From an uncultured Eubacteriales bacterium (GTDB taxonomy: Bacteria > Acidobacteriota > Aminicenantia > Aminicenantales > Aminicenantaceae): a stretch of DNA of 53,837 bases. Shown piece after piece: positions 16,313 through 26,956 of this stretch. The DNA lies in the NCBI GenBank assembly GCA_964445575.1, contig CAYULB010000004.1, forward strand, positions 21,631-75,467, read 5' to 3'. A program made the position numbers and the translations under genes. Position 1 is the stretch's first letter; each line of letters starts with the position of its first letter. The notes beneath the pieces were generated by a model that saw nothing but the letters and a program-made list of their open reading frames with translations, had not been told where the DNA came from and ran no database searches.

Positions 16313-18060
16313 GTGCAAATGCAGCCAAGAAAACAAGAAGAAGAACTCTGTTCATAGTGTTTTTATTTCTGCTCTGGACAGGTGTGATCGGATATCGTCT
16401 GGTTCAACTCCAGGTGGTCCATCATAATGATTTTAAGACTCAGGTCGAAAGACAAAACCAAAATAAAGACGAAATCTTCCCCCAGAGAGGAACCATTTTT
16501 GACAGGAACGGAAATATTTTGGCCTGCAGTGTCCCCAGAGCATCTGTCTTTTACTCAACCGTAGAAGGTGAATCTCTTGAAATCCAGTTCCAAAGAATTG
16601 ACCAGCTTAAAAAAATTCTGGGCATATCCTGGGAGAAAGTCAGGAATATCAAATCTCAGATAAAAATGGATGACCCATTCATTTACATTAAAAGAAAAAT
16701 CGAACCGGAAGAGGAGGACAAGCTCAAAGAACTGGATTTCAAAGGAATCCACATGATCGAGGAAAGCAAGCGTTTTTATCCTCATGGAAATCTTGCTTCT
16801 CATGTGATCGGCAGAGTGGACTTTTCAGAAAAGGGAATAAGCGGTGTCGAGGTCAAATTCGACTCTGTCTTAAGAGGAGAAAAGGGAATCAAGCTGAACT
16901 ACAGAGATGCCAGGAGAAAGGAATACAGCTTTCAAATTTTAAAGCAAGCGGTTCCCGGCGAAGACATTATTCTCAGCATAGACGAAACCATCCAGTACAC
17001 AGCTGCCGAAAGCCTTAAAAGAGCGGTTCAAGAATCCAGAGCAGCCTGGGGCACTATCATTGTTTCCCATCCCCGCTCAGGAGAAATACTGGCTATGTCC
17101 AGCATTCCAGAAAATGACCTGAACAAACCCCTGACCGATATTCGTTCTCTTTACTCAAACAAAGCCATCCATCACGTGTTTGACCCTGGTTCTACCTTTA
17201 AAATCGTTACCTTCACGGCCGCTATTGACTCACATAAAATTCCTTACTCAGAAACTTTTGACTGCAGCAAAGGTTATATCAGAGTGGTTAACAAGACATT
17301 CCATGACCATCACAGGTATGACCTGCTTTCATTCCCAGAAGTGATCATTTATTCATCCAATGTAGGGACCATACAAATAGGCCAGATGGTGGGAGAAGAG
17401 CTTTTTTATGAGAAAATCAAATCTTTTGGATTCGGGAAAAAAACAGGGATTGAGCTTCCTGCAGAACAAAACGGAATTCTTCATCCCCCAGAAAATTGGA
17501 GCCGGCTTTCTTTGGCTTCCCTTTCCATAGGATATGAGATCTCAGTGACCGCGATTCAGCTCCTCAATGCCATGAATATCATTGTCAATCACGGAATTCA
17601 AATCCCTTTTACCATTTTAAAAAAAGAAAGCAATTCCCGTTTTGAGCATTCAGAAGAGGATAAAATACCGGTCCGGGTGATATCGGAAAGCACAGCCCTC
17701 CAAATAAAGGAAATGCTGAAAAGAGTGGTCAATGAAGGCACAGGAAGAGAAGCTCAGCTCAAGGGACATCAAGCGGCTGGAAAAACAGGCACAGCCCAAA
17801 AAATCGACCCCAAGACCCGCGGCTACACTTCTCAGGCTCACACTTCTGTATTCATGGGATTTGTCCCTGCTGATAATCCCGTCATCTCCATTGTCGTGGT
17901 GATCGACGACCCGAAAGGAGCTTATTATGGAGGCCAGGTTTCAGCTCCGGTATTTAGAGAAGTCGCCATAAAAGTGCTCCGTTATCTGGGAATCCCTCCA
18001 GAAACCGAGTACTCAAGGCCAATCATAACAGCCCAGAAAGCGAGCTCAGGAACAACATGA
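16309..18060 (+). CDS. ftsI: Class B penicillin-binding protein FtsI/PBP3
   Basis: RGTIFDRNG, RFYPHG, STFK (SxxK), SSN, KTGTAQ. Confidence 0.92.
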   Translation: MSANAAKKTRRRTLFIVFLFLLWTGVIGYRLVQLQVVHHNDFKTQVERQNQNKDEIFPQRGTIFDRNGNILACSVPRASVFYSTVEGESLEIQFQRIDQLKKILGISWEKVRNIKSQIKMDDPFIYIKRKIEPEEEDKLKELDFKGIHMIEESKRFYPHGNLASHVIGRVDFSEKGISGVEVKFDSVLRGEKGIKLNYRDARRKEYSFQILKQAVPGEDIILSIDETIQYTAAESLKRAVQESRAAWGTIIVSHPRSGEILAMSSIPENDLNKPLTDIRSLYSNKAIHHVFDPGSTFKIVTFTAAIDSHKIPYSETFDCSKGYIRVVNKTFHDHHRYDLLSFPEVIIYSSNVGTIQIGQMVGEELFYEKIKSFGFGKKTGIELPAEQNGILHPPENWSRLSLASLSIGYEISVTAIQLLNAMNIIVNHGIQIPFTILKKESNSRFEHSEEDKIPVRVISESTALQIKEMLKRVVNEGTGREAQLKGHQAAGKTGTAQKIDPKTRGYTSQAHTSVFMGFVPADNPVISIVVVIDDPKGAYYGGQVSAPVFREVAIKVLRYLGIPPETEYSRPIITAQKASSGTT

Positions 18061-19526
18061 ATATTAAAGAACTTACCAACAACGTTCGCGGACTGAAGAT
18101 AAGAGGTGCTGTGGAAGAGGAAATCACAGGAATATCTTACTCCTCTCACAAAATCAGACCTGGGTTCTTGTTTGCCGCTCTTAAGGGAGAAAAACACGAC
18201 GGTTTCCATTTCATTCCAGAAGCCCTTGAAAAGGGAGCTGCAGCTGTGATGTGTGAAAGGAAAAAGCCAGAAGGATTCACCAAAACCTGGATAAAGGCAG
18301 ATGACGCCAGGCTTGCTTTGGCTCTGGTATCCGCTGAATTTTTCAATCATCCCTCAAAGAAAATGAAAATGGTTGGAATAACCGGCACCAAAGGAAAAAC
18401 CACTGCCACTTATTTATTGGAGAAAATTTTAGAGAAAAACGGAAACTCAGCCGGAGTCATCGGAAGCATTTCCTACAGGGGTCCCGAGTTTGTTGTCCCG
18501 GCTCAAAGAACCACTCCAGAAGCTCCTGACACAGACGCTCTTCTCCAAAAAATGCTGGAACAGGGAGCCACTCATTGTGTCATGGAAGTCTCATCACATT
18601 CCATTGAAATGAAAAGAATAAACGGGATTGATTTTGATGTCACTGCTTTCACCAATCTAAGCGGGGAGCATTTAGACTTTCATAAGTCTCTTGAAAACTA
18701 CTTCAACACCAAAAAAAAGCTGTTCCTAACCGCTGAAAACAGCCGTCCTGTTATAAACTCGGACAGTGTCTGGGGAAGGAAACTTGTTTCAGAGTTATCA
18801 AATAAATGTGTAACCTTTGGGTTTAATAAAAATGCAGATGTTTTCCCCCTCCAATTCAGATTTACTTCCAAAGGCATAACTGCCCGCATCCAGTTTCCTA
18901 AAGGAAAAACCGATCTGTCCTCCCCTCTTCTTGGAAAACCAAATCTATACAACATCCTCACAGCTGTGGCTTCGGCCCTGGCAATGGATATACCCCTGGC
19001 AGCAATCAAAGAAGGAATCGCTTCTTTGGAAAGTGTGCCAGGTCGGTTTGAGAGGATACCCAATGAGCTGGGCCTCAATCTTTTTGTGGACTATGCTCAC
19101 ACAGATGAAGCCCTAAAAAATCTCTTGGAAACGGCCAGAGAAATAAGCACCAGCAGAATTATACTGGTGTTTGGAGCTGGAGGAGACCGGGACAAGTCCA
19201 AAAGGCATCGAATGGGAAAAATCGCAGGAAAACTGGCTGACTGGGCCATCATTACTTCAGACAACCCGCGGTCTGAAAACCCTCTGGAGATTATTGCAAG
19301 CATTGAAAAAGGAATTAAAAAAACAGGGAAAAATAAATATGAAATCTTTCCCGACAGAAGAAAGGCCATTGAAAAAGCAGTTTCTATTGGGAATAAAGGA
19401 GATTATATTCTCATTGCGGGAAAAGGGCATGAGAAGTATCAGATCATAAAAGACAGGGTCATTCCGTTTGACGACGTAAAAGTGGCCCAGGATTCTGTAA
19501 AGAAAATAAAAGAGCAGAAGAAATGA
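18057..19526 (+). CDS. murE: UDP-MurNAc-L-Ala-D-Glu:meso-DAP ligase
   Basis: GITGTKGKTT, MEVSSH, DYAHT, DNPR (meso-DAP specificity), AGKGHE. Confidence 0.95.
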   Translation: MNIKELTNNVRGLKIRGAVEEEITGISYSSHKIRPGFLFAALKGEKHDGFHFIPEALEKGAAAVMCERKKPEGFTKTWIKADDARLALALVSAEFFNHPSKKMKMVGITGTKGKTTATYLLEKILEKNGNSAGVIGSISYRGPEFVVPAQRTTPEAPDTDALLQKMLEQGATHCVMEVSSHSIEMKRINGIDFDVTAFTNLSGEHLDFHKSLENYFNTKKKLFLTAENSRPVINSDSVWGRKLVSELSNKCVTFGFNKNADVFPLQFRFTSKGITARIQFPKGKTDLSSPLLGKPNLYNILTAVASALAMDIPLAAIKEGIASLESVPGRFERIPNELGLNLFVDYAHTDEALKNLLETAREISTSRIILVFGAGGDRDKSKRHRMGKIAGKLADWAIITSDNPRSENPLEIIASIEKGIKKTGKNKYEIFPDRRKAIEKAVSIGNKGDYILIAGKGHEKYQIIKDRVIPFDDVKVAQDSVKKIKEQKK

Positions 19527-20905
19527 TCAAATTAAGACTGAGCGAGCTGGCTGAGAAAATGAATGGAAAAATAATTCAGGGATATCCTTCCTCTGTGTTT
19601 AAAGACTACTGCATTGACTCCAGAAAAGCCAAAAAAGGAAGCCTGTTTTTTGCGCTTGAAGACAAAAGAGACGGCCATGATTTTATTTCTGACGCTGTTA
19701 AAAACGGGGCCAAAGGAGCCGTGGTCTCCAAACAAGTTCCTCTAGTAGATGACAAAACCGCTTGTATAAAAGTCCCTCACACATTGAAAGCACTCCAGAG
19801 GCTTGCACATCAAGTCCTTTTAGAACATCCTGTGAAAGTGATTGGAATCACAGGAAGCACGGGCAAAACCACCACCAAAGAATTTGCAGCCGCTTTTCTC
19901 CAGAAGACATGCCGTCTCCTCAAATCACAGGGAAATTATAACAATCACATAGGTCTTCCCCTCTCGCTTTTGAATCTGGGCCAAAATCATGATACAGCGG
20001 TACTGGAATATGGAATGAGCCATGCAGGAGAAATCAGAGAATTGACCTCTATTGCTCGTCCGGACATTGCCGTTATCTGCAATGTCCATCCTGTGCACAT
20101 GGAATTCTTCAAAAGCATTCATGAGATCACAGAAGCCAAAAAAGAAATACTTGACGGAATGAACCCTGATGGGACAGCTATTTTAAATGGAGACCAGCCC
20201 TTTGTCTTGAGCATGGTCAAAGGACTTACAAAAAAGCCGGTCCTTTTTGGGCTGACAGAAAAATGTGATGTAAGAGCTAACAATATTCATATCCATTCTT
20301 TAGAAAAGATGTCTTTTGATTTTTCCTACAGAGGCCATAACGCCAGAACTTCTATCCCTTTCTCCAATAGAGGGTACCTCTATAATTTTCTGGCTGCCGC
20401 AAGCATTGCTTCGGTATTTTCTGTTCCTTTTAAAGAAATCTTAAAAAAAGGAAGAAAACTCAAACCCTTTGTGAACAGAGGCGAGGTGCTTTCTCTAGAA
20501 AATAATATTAAAGTGATAAACGACTCCTACAATTCCAACCCGGCTGCGCTGGAAGAAGCCCTTAAAAGCCTTTCCGCTCAAAAAGGAGGAAGAAAAATTG
20601 CGGTGCTCGGCGATATGCTGGAACTGGGAGAAAGACAAATAGCCTATCACACGGCTGCTGGGAAATCTGTAGCTGAAAACCATATTGACCTGCTGATAAC
20701 CATCGGCTCTCATGCAAAATACATTGCTGAAGGCGCAGCACTATCCGGAATGCCCTCTCAAAACATCATTTCTTTTGAACAGTCTGAAGAAGCTGCCCAA
20801 AAAGTCCCGGAACTTCTGAAAAAAAATGACTTTATATTAGTCAAAGGGTCCAGAGGAGTCAAAACTGAAAAGGTTATCAAGGCTTTGAAAAGGAAAGGAA
20901 AATAA
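19523..20905 (+). CDS. murF: UDP-MurNAc-tripeptide:D-Ala-D-Ala ligase
   Basis: GITGSTGKTTTKE, NNHIGLP, DSYNSNP, LGDMLELG, KGSRG. Confidence 0.95.
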   Translation: MIKLRLSELAEKMNGKIIQGYPSSVFKDYCIDSRKAKKGSLFFALEDKRDGHDFISDAVKNGAKGAVVSKQVPLVDDKTACIKVPHTLKALQRLAHQVLLEHPVKVIGITGSTGKTTTKEFAAAFLQKTCRLLKSQGNYNNHIGLPLSLLNLGQNHDTAVLEYGMSHAGEIRELTSIARPDIAVICNVHPVHMEFFKSIHEITEAKKEILDGMNPDGTAILNGDQPFVLSMVKGLTKKPVLFGLTEKCDVRANNIHIHSLEKMSFDFSYRGHNARTSIPFSNRGYLYNFLAAASIASVFSVPFKEILKKGRKLKPFVNRGEVLSLENNIKVINDSYNSNPAALEEALKSLSAQKGGRKIAVLGDMLELGERQIAYHTAAGKSVAENHIDLLITIGSHAKYIAEGAALSGMPSQNIISFEQSEEAAQKVPELLKKNDFILVKGSRGVKTEKVIKALKRKGK

Positions 20906-20906
20906 A

Positions 20907-21995
20907 GTGCTTTATTTGATCCTGGTTCCCATCAAAAAATACTTCATATTTTTCAATGTATTTCGCTACATCACAGTCAGAACAGCTTTGAGCGGGATAA
21001 CCGCTCTCCTCATCACCCTGATTGTCGCCCCATGGCTGATAAAACTCATGAGAAAACATCAGTACGGCGAATCCATAAGAGATGTAGGCCCCAAGACCCA
21101 TTTCACAAAAAAAGGGACCCCTTCTATGGGAGGCATCCTGATCATTGGAGCCACCGCTGTCTCTACCCTGTTATGGGGAGACCTTGGCAATTTATATATC
21201 TGGCTTGGTATGGCGACCATGCTTTTATTCGGCGCTCTGGGATTATGGGATGATTATCTTCAAATCAGAAAAGCCAAGCCTAAGGGACTGATAGCAAGAC
21301 ACAAAATCATATTCCAGACCTTATTTGCCGCGGCTATTGCTGTGGTGCTTTTTTACATGGGTCTTAAAGGTGATTTCAACCTTCATCTCACCTTCCCCTT
21401 TTTCAAGGAGTGGGCTCCTTACCTGGGGATGTTTTATATACCATGGATCATGTTTATTATGGTCAGTTCATCCAACGCAGTGAATCTTGCAGATGGACTT
21501 GACGGACTTGCCATAGGGCTGACCCTGATCAGTGCCTCCTCTTTCACCGCTCTTTCTTACATAGCAGGACACGCTCTCTGGTCCCAGTACCTGAATATAC
21601 TTCCTGTCCCCCCGGCTGCAGAGCTCACCATTCTACTGGGATCTTTATCCGGATCCTGTCTGGGATTCCTGTGGTACAACTGTCACCCGGCAGAAATCTT
21701 TATGGGCGATGCTGGTTCTCTGTCTCTAGGCGCCACTATAGGAATCATAGCCATAATGATCAAACAGGAATTTCTGCTTTTTATGGTGGCCGGCGTATTT
21801 GTTCTGGAAGCCCTTTCTGTAGTGATACAGGTAGGGTATTTTAAAATCACAGGAGGAAAAAGGGTTTTCAAGATGACCCCCCTGCACCATCATTTTGAAC
21901 TTTTGGGGTGGTCGGAACAAAAAATCGTGGTCAGGTTTTGGATAGCAGGGATTATATTCGCCCTTTTCAGCCTGACAACACTGAAACTAAGATAA
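20907..21995 (+). CDS. mraY: Phospho-N-acetylmuramoyl-pentapeptide transferase
   Basis: KKGTPSMGG, DDY, NAVNLADGLDGL, FMGDAGS, PLHHHFE. Confidence 0.97.
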   Translation: MLYLILVPIKKYFIFFNVFRYITVRTALSGITALLITLIVAPWLIKLMRKHQYGESIRDVGPKTHFTKKGTPSMGGILIIGATAVSTLLWGDLGNLYIWLGMATMLLFGALGLWDDYLQIRKAKPKGLIARHKIIFQTLFAAAIAVVLFYMGLKGDFNLHLTFPFFKEWAPYLGMFYIPWIMFIMVSSSNAVNLADGLDGLAIGLTLISASSFTALSYIAGHALWSQYLNILPVPPAAELTILLGSLSGSCLGFLWYNCHPAEIFMGDAGSLSLGATIGIIAIMIKQEFLLFMVAGVFVLEALSVVIQVGYFKITGGKRVFKMTPLHHHFELLGWSEQKIVVRFWIAGIIFALFSLTTLKLR

Positions 21996-21996
21996 A

Positions 21997-23367
21997 ATGG
22001 ACCTCAGAGGCAAAAAAGTTCTGGTAGTCGGTTTTGGCAGGACAGGGAAAGCTGTGTGCGACTTTCTCCTTCAGGACACTCCTCTGAGCATAAAAGTAAC
22101 GGATTCAAAAAAAAGCCCGGAACTGATTAAGGAAAGCAAACCTTATCAGAAAAAAGGGATTGAATTTGAAATCGGAGGTCACCATGTTCAATCATTCCTG
22201 GAGGCAGACCTGGTTATATTAAGTCCCGGCGTTCCCCCCATTCCGCCTATTGCAGAAGCCCTCCGCAGGGGAGTGAAAACAATATCTGAAATAGAGCTCG
22301 CTTTTCACTTCTTAAAAGGGAAAATCATAGGCATCACAGGTTCAAACGGAAAATCCACCGTAGCCTCCCTGGTCCACAGCATACTCCAAGAGGGAGGCTT
22401 GAAATCCCGTCTGGCTGGAAACATTGGAACTCCCTTGATCCGCTTTGCCCTCAACAGTTCTGAAGAGGATATTTATGTGACAGAGCTTTCAAGCTTTCAG
22501 CTTGAATACATTGAAAGCTTTTCTCCTGATGTCTCGGTCATCCTCAATATAACTCCAGACCATCTAAACTGGCATGAAACCTTCTCATCCTATCTTAACG
22601 CAAAAATCAAGCTATTGAAAAATCAGAAAAAAAATCAAACCACAATCCTAAACAGAGACGACCCCAATGTCTGGCCAGCAAGAAAACAGGGGCCAAAAAA
22701 CATACTGGCTTTCAGCATAAAAAACAGAGTGCGCCGCGGATGCTTCCTTCAAGGGGATTGGATTGTGCTTAAACATAAGACAGAGCAGAAAGTTATGGAT
22801 ACAGGGGAAATCCCTTTAAAAGGAATTCACAATCAAGAAAACGTGATGGCTTCAATTCTAGCAGGGTACGTGCTTCAAGTTCCTGTGGATAAAATCAGAA
22901 AAACCATCAGAAACTTCCAGGCCCTGGAGCACCGCCTTGAAAAAGTGCTCTCCCTTAAAGGAGTAGATTTTTATAACGACTCCAAAGCCACCAACATTGA
23001 CGCAGCGCTCAAGTCGATCATGAGTTTTGATAAGAAAATAATCCTGATTTTAGGAGGAAGGGACAAAGGAGGGGATTTCAGCCGCCTCAAAAAGGAGATT
23101 AAAAAACGGGTTAAAAAAATAATTGTACTGGGGGAAGCCAGGGAAAAAATCATAAAGAGCCTGGGTCATGACACAGAGATTAAAAAAGCCGAATCCTTAA
23201 AACAAGCTGTGGAATGGGGCTATGAGAATTCAAATCCAGGAGACACTGTGCTTTTAGCTCCGGCTTGCACCAGTTTTGATATGTTCGAGAATTTTGAGCA
23301 TAGAGGAAAGGTTTTTAAACAGGAAGTCAAAAAACTTTCAAAAAAAACAAACAAGGCAGATAATTAA
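21997..23367 (+). CDS. murD: UDP-MurNAc-L-Ala:D-Glu ligase
   Basis: SPGV, GITGSNGKST, ELSSFQL, NDSKATN, APACTSFD. Confidence 0.96.
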   Translation: MDLRGKKVLVVGFGRTGKAVCDFLLQDTPLSIKVTDSKKSPELIKESKPYQKKGIEFEIGGHHVQSFLEADLVILSPGVPPIPPIAEALRRGVKTISEIELAFHFLKGKIIGITGSNGKSTVASLVHSILQEGGLKSRLAGNIGTPLIRFALNSSEEDIYVTELSSFQLEYIESFSPDVSVILNITPDHLNWHETFSSYLNAKIKLLKNQKKNQTTILNRDDPNVWPARKQGPKNILAFSIKNRVRRGCFLQGDWIVLKHKTEQKVMDTGEIPLKGIHNQENVMASILAGYVLQVPVDKIRKTIRNFQALEHRLEKVLSLKGVDFYNDSKATNIDAALKSIMSFDKKIILILGGRDKGGDFSRLKKEIKKRVKKIIVLGEAREKIIKSLGHDTEIKKAESLKQAVEWGYENSNPGDTVLLAPACTSFDMFENFEHRGKVFKQEVKKLSKKTNKADN

Positions 23368-23369
23368 AA

Positions 23370-24479
23370 ATGGAAGCATTCAAACGGTTCGGTTTTGACA
23401 AACCATTGTTCCTCACCACACTCATCCTGGTTGCTTTTGGCCTGATCATGGTGTTCAGTTCATCTGCGGTCCAATCCAATGAAAATTTCGGTCATCCTTT
23501 CTACTATCTGATAAACCAGTCTATAGGAGCTGTGATTGGCATTATCCTGATCCTGATCATTGTTTCCATGAAACCTACTTTTTATCAGAATGTTTTGTTC
23601 ATATATGGACTGCTGATTATTACTTTAGTCCTTCTGGCAATATGTTTTGTCATGCCTGAAGTGAATGCAACCAACCGGTCCATCCATCTCCTGAACCTCA
23701 GATTCCAGCCATCCTCACTGGCAAAGCTCAGCCTCATCTTGTTTTTAGCTTCCTATCTGAGCAGAAAGCAGGACAAGCTACATCAAATAAAGTCTCTTAT
23801 CATTCCCGCTGCGGTAATGTTTATTTTTATCTTACTGATAATAAAGGAACCGGATTACAGCACCTCGCTTTTTATCTTCATGGTCGGATCCATCATGCTT
23901 TTCATAGGAGGCATAAGAATAGACAAACTCTTTTTAGTGGGACTCCTCTCTCTCGTGCTTTTTGCGTTTTATCTGTTCCAGGCAAGCTACCGGATCGAAC
24001 GGTGGAATTCATATCTTTCTCCATCCAATGACCTTCTGGGGAGCGGTTTCCATGCCTACCAGTCCAAACTGGCCGTGGGTTCAGGAGGGGTTATGGGAGT
24101 CAGCATTGCCCAGAGCACACAAAAGCTTTTCTTCCTGCCCTGCGCTCATACTGACTACATCTACGCCATCATAGGAGAAGAACTGGGAATGATAGGAACC
24201 GTGACCGTGCTTCTGCTTTTTGGAATCATATTATGGAGGGGTTTGCTGATATCCAGAAGAGCTCCCGATCAATTCTCCCGTCTTCTGGCTGCAGGCCTTT
24301 CCATTGCCCTTTTTACTCAGGCTATGCTCAATATAAACATTGTGCTGGGACTTCTCCCAGCAACCGGATTGACTCTTCCGTTTATAAGCTATGGAAGGTC
24401 TTCTCTTCTCTATGTTCTGGTGAGTATTGGAATCCTGCTTCATATTTCACAAAGAAAAAAGGCACACAAGACAAAATGA
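23370..24479 (+). CDS. ftsW: SEDS peptidoglycan polymerase FtsW
   Basis: FQPS, EPD, HTDYI..IIGEELG, TGLTLPFISYG; between murD and murG. Confidence 0.93.
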   Translation: MEAFKRFGFDKPLFLTTLILVAFGLIMVFSSSAVQSNENFGHPFYYLINQSIGAVIGIILILIIVSMKPTFYQNVLFIYGLLIITLVLLAICFVMPEVNATNRSIHLLNLRFQPSSLAKLSLILFLASYLSRKQDKLHQIKSLIIPAAVMFIFILLIIKEPDYSTSLFIFMVGSIMLFIGGIRIDKLFLVGLLSLVLFAFYLFQASYRIERWNSYLSPSNDLLGSGFHAYQSKLAVGSGGVMGVSIAQSTQKLFFLPCAHTDYIYAIIGEELGMIGTVTVLLLFGIILWRGLLISRRAPDQFSRLLAAGLSIALFTQAMLNINIVLGLLPATGLTLPFISYGRSSLLYVLVSIGILLHISQRKKAHKTK

Positions 24480-25570
24480 GAGAAAAGAGAGTGATAATTT
24501 CTGGAGGCGGGACCGCAGGTCACATCTATCCAGCGCTGGCAGTGGGCAAAAAACTCATCCAGAAAAGCTTTAAAATCACTTTTATAGGGACTACCCGAAA
24601 ATTAGAACAATCTCTAATGGAACACTACCAAGCGGATTTCATTCCTTTAAAAATAAAAGGCCTTAAAGGAAAAGGCCTCTCAGCAATCAAGTCGATCCTT
24701 ATTCTCCCCTCTTCCTTTGTCAAATCTCTACTCATCATCATCAAGAAAAAACCAGCACTGGTTATCGGAATGGGAGGTTACAGTTCAGGTCCGGTGGTGC
24801 TGCTGTCTTCATTACTGGGGATCCCATCCCTGATAATGGAACAAAATCTCCGTCCTGGTTTAACCAATAGACTGCTGATCCCCTTTGTTCAAAAAGCTGT
24901 GGTTTCTTTTGAAAAGTCCCTTCCGGAATTCAAAGGGAAAGGCGAGCTGCTGGGAAACCCGGTCCGAGAACACTTCTACTCTTTAAAGCCCAAAAAAAGA
25001 GATGAATATCTCACAGTGCTCATATTTGGGGGGAGTCAGGGCTCCCATTTCCTAAATACAAAAGTCATCCAAAGCCTCCCCTTGTTGAGAGAAGATAAAG
25101 ACTCGCTTCGGCTCTTCCATCAAACTGGGGAAAAAGACTTGAGTTGGGTCAGAGAAAACTACCAGAAAAAAAATTTGGATAAAGCTGTGGTATCCGACTA
25201 CTTTTTTGATATCTACAAATATTTCGAAAAATCAGACTTAATTGTTTGCAGGGCCGGGGCGACCACCATAGCCGAGCTTATTGCATCCCAGAAACCCTCC
25301 ATCTTAGTTCCCTTTTCCCAGTCTGCAGAAAACCATCAGCTTTTAAATGCCAGGGAATTAGAACGAATACAGGGTGCGGAGGTGATTCTGGAAAAAGATT
25401 TTACTCCTGCTCGGTTTTCATCTAAAATCAGAGATTTTATTGAAAATAAACATAAACTTGATCAGATGGAGAAGAATTTAAAAAAACTAAAAGCAGGAAA
25501 CCCGGCTGAAAAAATCGCTGACCTCTGTGTGAAACTGACAGAAAAAAAACAAAAGGAGGAAATAAATTGA
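24476..25570 (+). CDS. murG: Lipid II GlcNAc transferase MurG
   Basis: GGGTAGHIYP, GGYSS, GNPVR, GGSQG, RAGATT. Start moved to ATG 24476, which overlaps the ftsW stop. Confidence 0.95.
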   Translation: MREKRVIISGGGTAGHIYPALAVGKKLIQKSFKITFIGTTRKLEQSLMEHYQADFIPLKIKGLKGKGLSAIKSILILPSSFVKSLLIIIKKKPALVIGMGGYSSGPVVLLSSLLGIPSLIMEQNLRPGLTNRLLIPFVQKAVVSFEKSLPEFKGKGELLGNPVREHFYSLKPKKRDEYLTVLIFGGSQGSHFLNTKVIQSLPLLREDKDSLRLFHQTGEKDLSWVRENYQKKNLDKAVVSDYFFDIYKYFEKSDLIVCRAGATTIAELIASQKPSILVPFSQSAENHQLLNARELERIQGAEVILEKDFTPARFSSKIRDFIENKHKLDQMEKNLKKLKAGNPAEKIADLCVKLTEKKQKEEIN

Positions 25571-26955
25571 TCAAACGCACCAACCGGAAGCTGAAGCATA
25601 TCCACATGGTCGGAATCGGAGGCACTGGAATGAGCGGAATTGCTGAGATCCTTCTCAACCTGGGTTACAAAGTATCCGGCTCAGACTTGGTCTCTCAGGA
25701 ATCAACCAGACGTCTCACTAAGTTAGGAGCTGATATCCACATCGGGCACAAACCAGGGCGAGTGGAGGGAGCTGATGTCGTGGTGATTTCCTCAGCTGTC
25801 AAGCAGGACAATATAGAAGTCCAAGAAGCGGAAAAGTTAAAAATACCGGTTATCCCAAGAGCAGAGATGCTGGCAGAGCTCATGCGTTTAAAAAACAGCA
25901 TTGCCGTGACCGGCTCTCACGGTAAAACATCCACCACTTCAATGATCGCCCAGGTCTTGGAAAAAGGAGATTACGACCCCACCATAATAGTGGGAGGGCG
26001 CCTGAACACAGTGGGAGCGCATGCCAAACTGGGAGAGGGGGAGTTCATCGTGGCTGAAGCAGATGAAAGCGACCGCTCTTTTCTTTATCTGTCTCCGTAT
26101 ATAGCTGTGCTCACAAACCTGGATGAAGAGCACCTGGACCAGTACCATACAGTTGATGAAATAAAAAAGACCTTTATAAACTTTGCCAATAAAGTCCCCT
26201 TTTACTGCCCGATAATCCTGTGCCTTGACGATTCAAACCTCCAGAGCTTGATCCCTGACCTTGAGAGAAAGATCATCACCTATGGCTCTTCGGCTCAAGC
26301 AGACATCTATGCAGCAGACCAGGAATTCAGACATTTCTCAAGCACCTCCACCCTTTTTCATAAAAACAAGAAGTTGGGTCAGCTCAAACTGAATGTCCCT
26401 GGGGTCCACAGCATTTATAATGCCATGGCAGCCGTAGCTGTGGGGCTTGATCTGAATATGCCAGTTCCTGATATTCTGGATGCCCTCGAAAACTACAAGG
26501 GAATCGGAAGGCGCTTTGAGCTGAGAAAGACAGTTAACGACATCATGGTTATCGAAGACTACGCCCATCACCCCACAGAAATCATAAAGACCCTGGAAGC
26601 AGCCAAAAGAGGATGGAATCGAAGAACAGTAGCTGTTTTTCAGCCTCACCGGTATTCCCGTTTATCTCTTCTCATGAAAAAATTCGCCACTTCGTTCAAT
26701 CAGGCAGATGTCCTTATCATCACTGAAATCTATCCAGCCGGAGAAAATCCGATTCCAGATATATCTGGAGAAAAGCTTTACCAGGAAATACAAAAGTATG
26801 GACATAAAAATATCCATTTTGAACCTGAACTCAAAAAAATTTCAGAGCTGGTTTCAGAACTGGCGCTACCTGAGGATATGATACTGGTCCTGGGAGCAGG
26901 CAGCATTTCTGAAACCATACCCGGCATTATAAAAAAATTGAAAGGCAAAAAATAA
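25567..26955 (+). CDS. murC: UDP-MurNAc:L-Ala ligase
   Basis: GIGGTGMSGIA, GSHGKTSTT, EADESD, DYAHHPTE, FQPHRYSR. Confidence 0.96.
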   Translation: MIKRTNRKLKHIHMVGIGGTGMSGIAEILLNLGYKVSGSDLVSQESTRRLTKLGADIHIGHKPGRVEGADVVVISSAVKQDNIEVQEAEKLKIPVIPRAEMLAELMRLKNSIAVTGSHGKTSTTSMIAQVLEKGDYDPTIIVGGRLNTVGAHAKLGEGEFIVAEADESDRSFLYLSPYIAVLTNLDEEHLDQYHTVDEIKKTFINFANKVPFYCPIILCLDDSNLQSLIPDLERKIITYGSSAQADIYAADQEFRHFSSTSTLFHKNKKLGQLKLNVPGVHSIYNAMAAVAVGLDLNMPVPDILDALENYKGIGRRFELRKTVNDIMVIEDYAHHPTEIIKTLEAAKRGWNRRTVAVFQPHRYSRLSLLMKKFATSFNQADVLIITEIYPAGENPIPDISGEKLYQEIQKYGHKNIHFEPELKKISELVSELALPEDMILVLGAGSISETIPGIIKKLKGKK

Positions 26956-26956
26956 C

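Noticed and set aside
24233-24475. 81-aa N-terminal extension of MurG
   Set aside because: Lies inside ftsW; ATG 24476 gives the canonical N-terminus and a 4-nt overlap.
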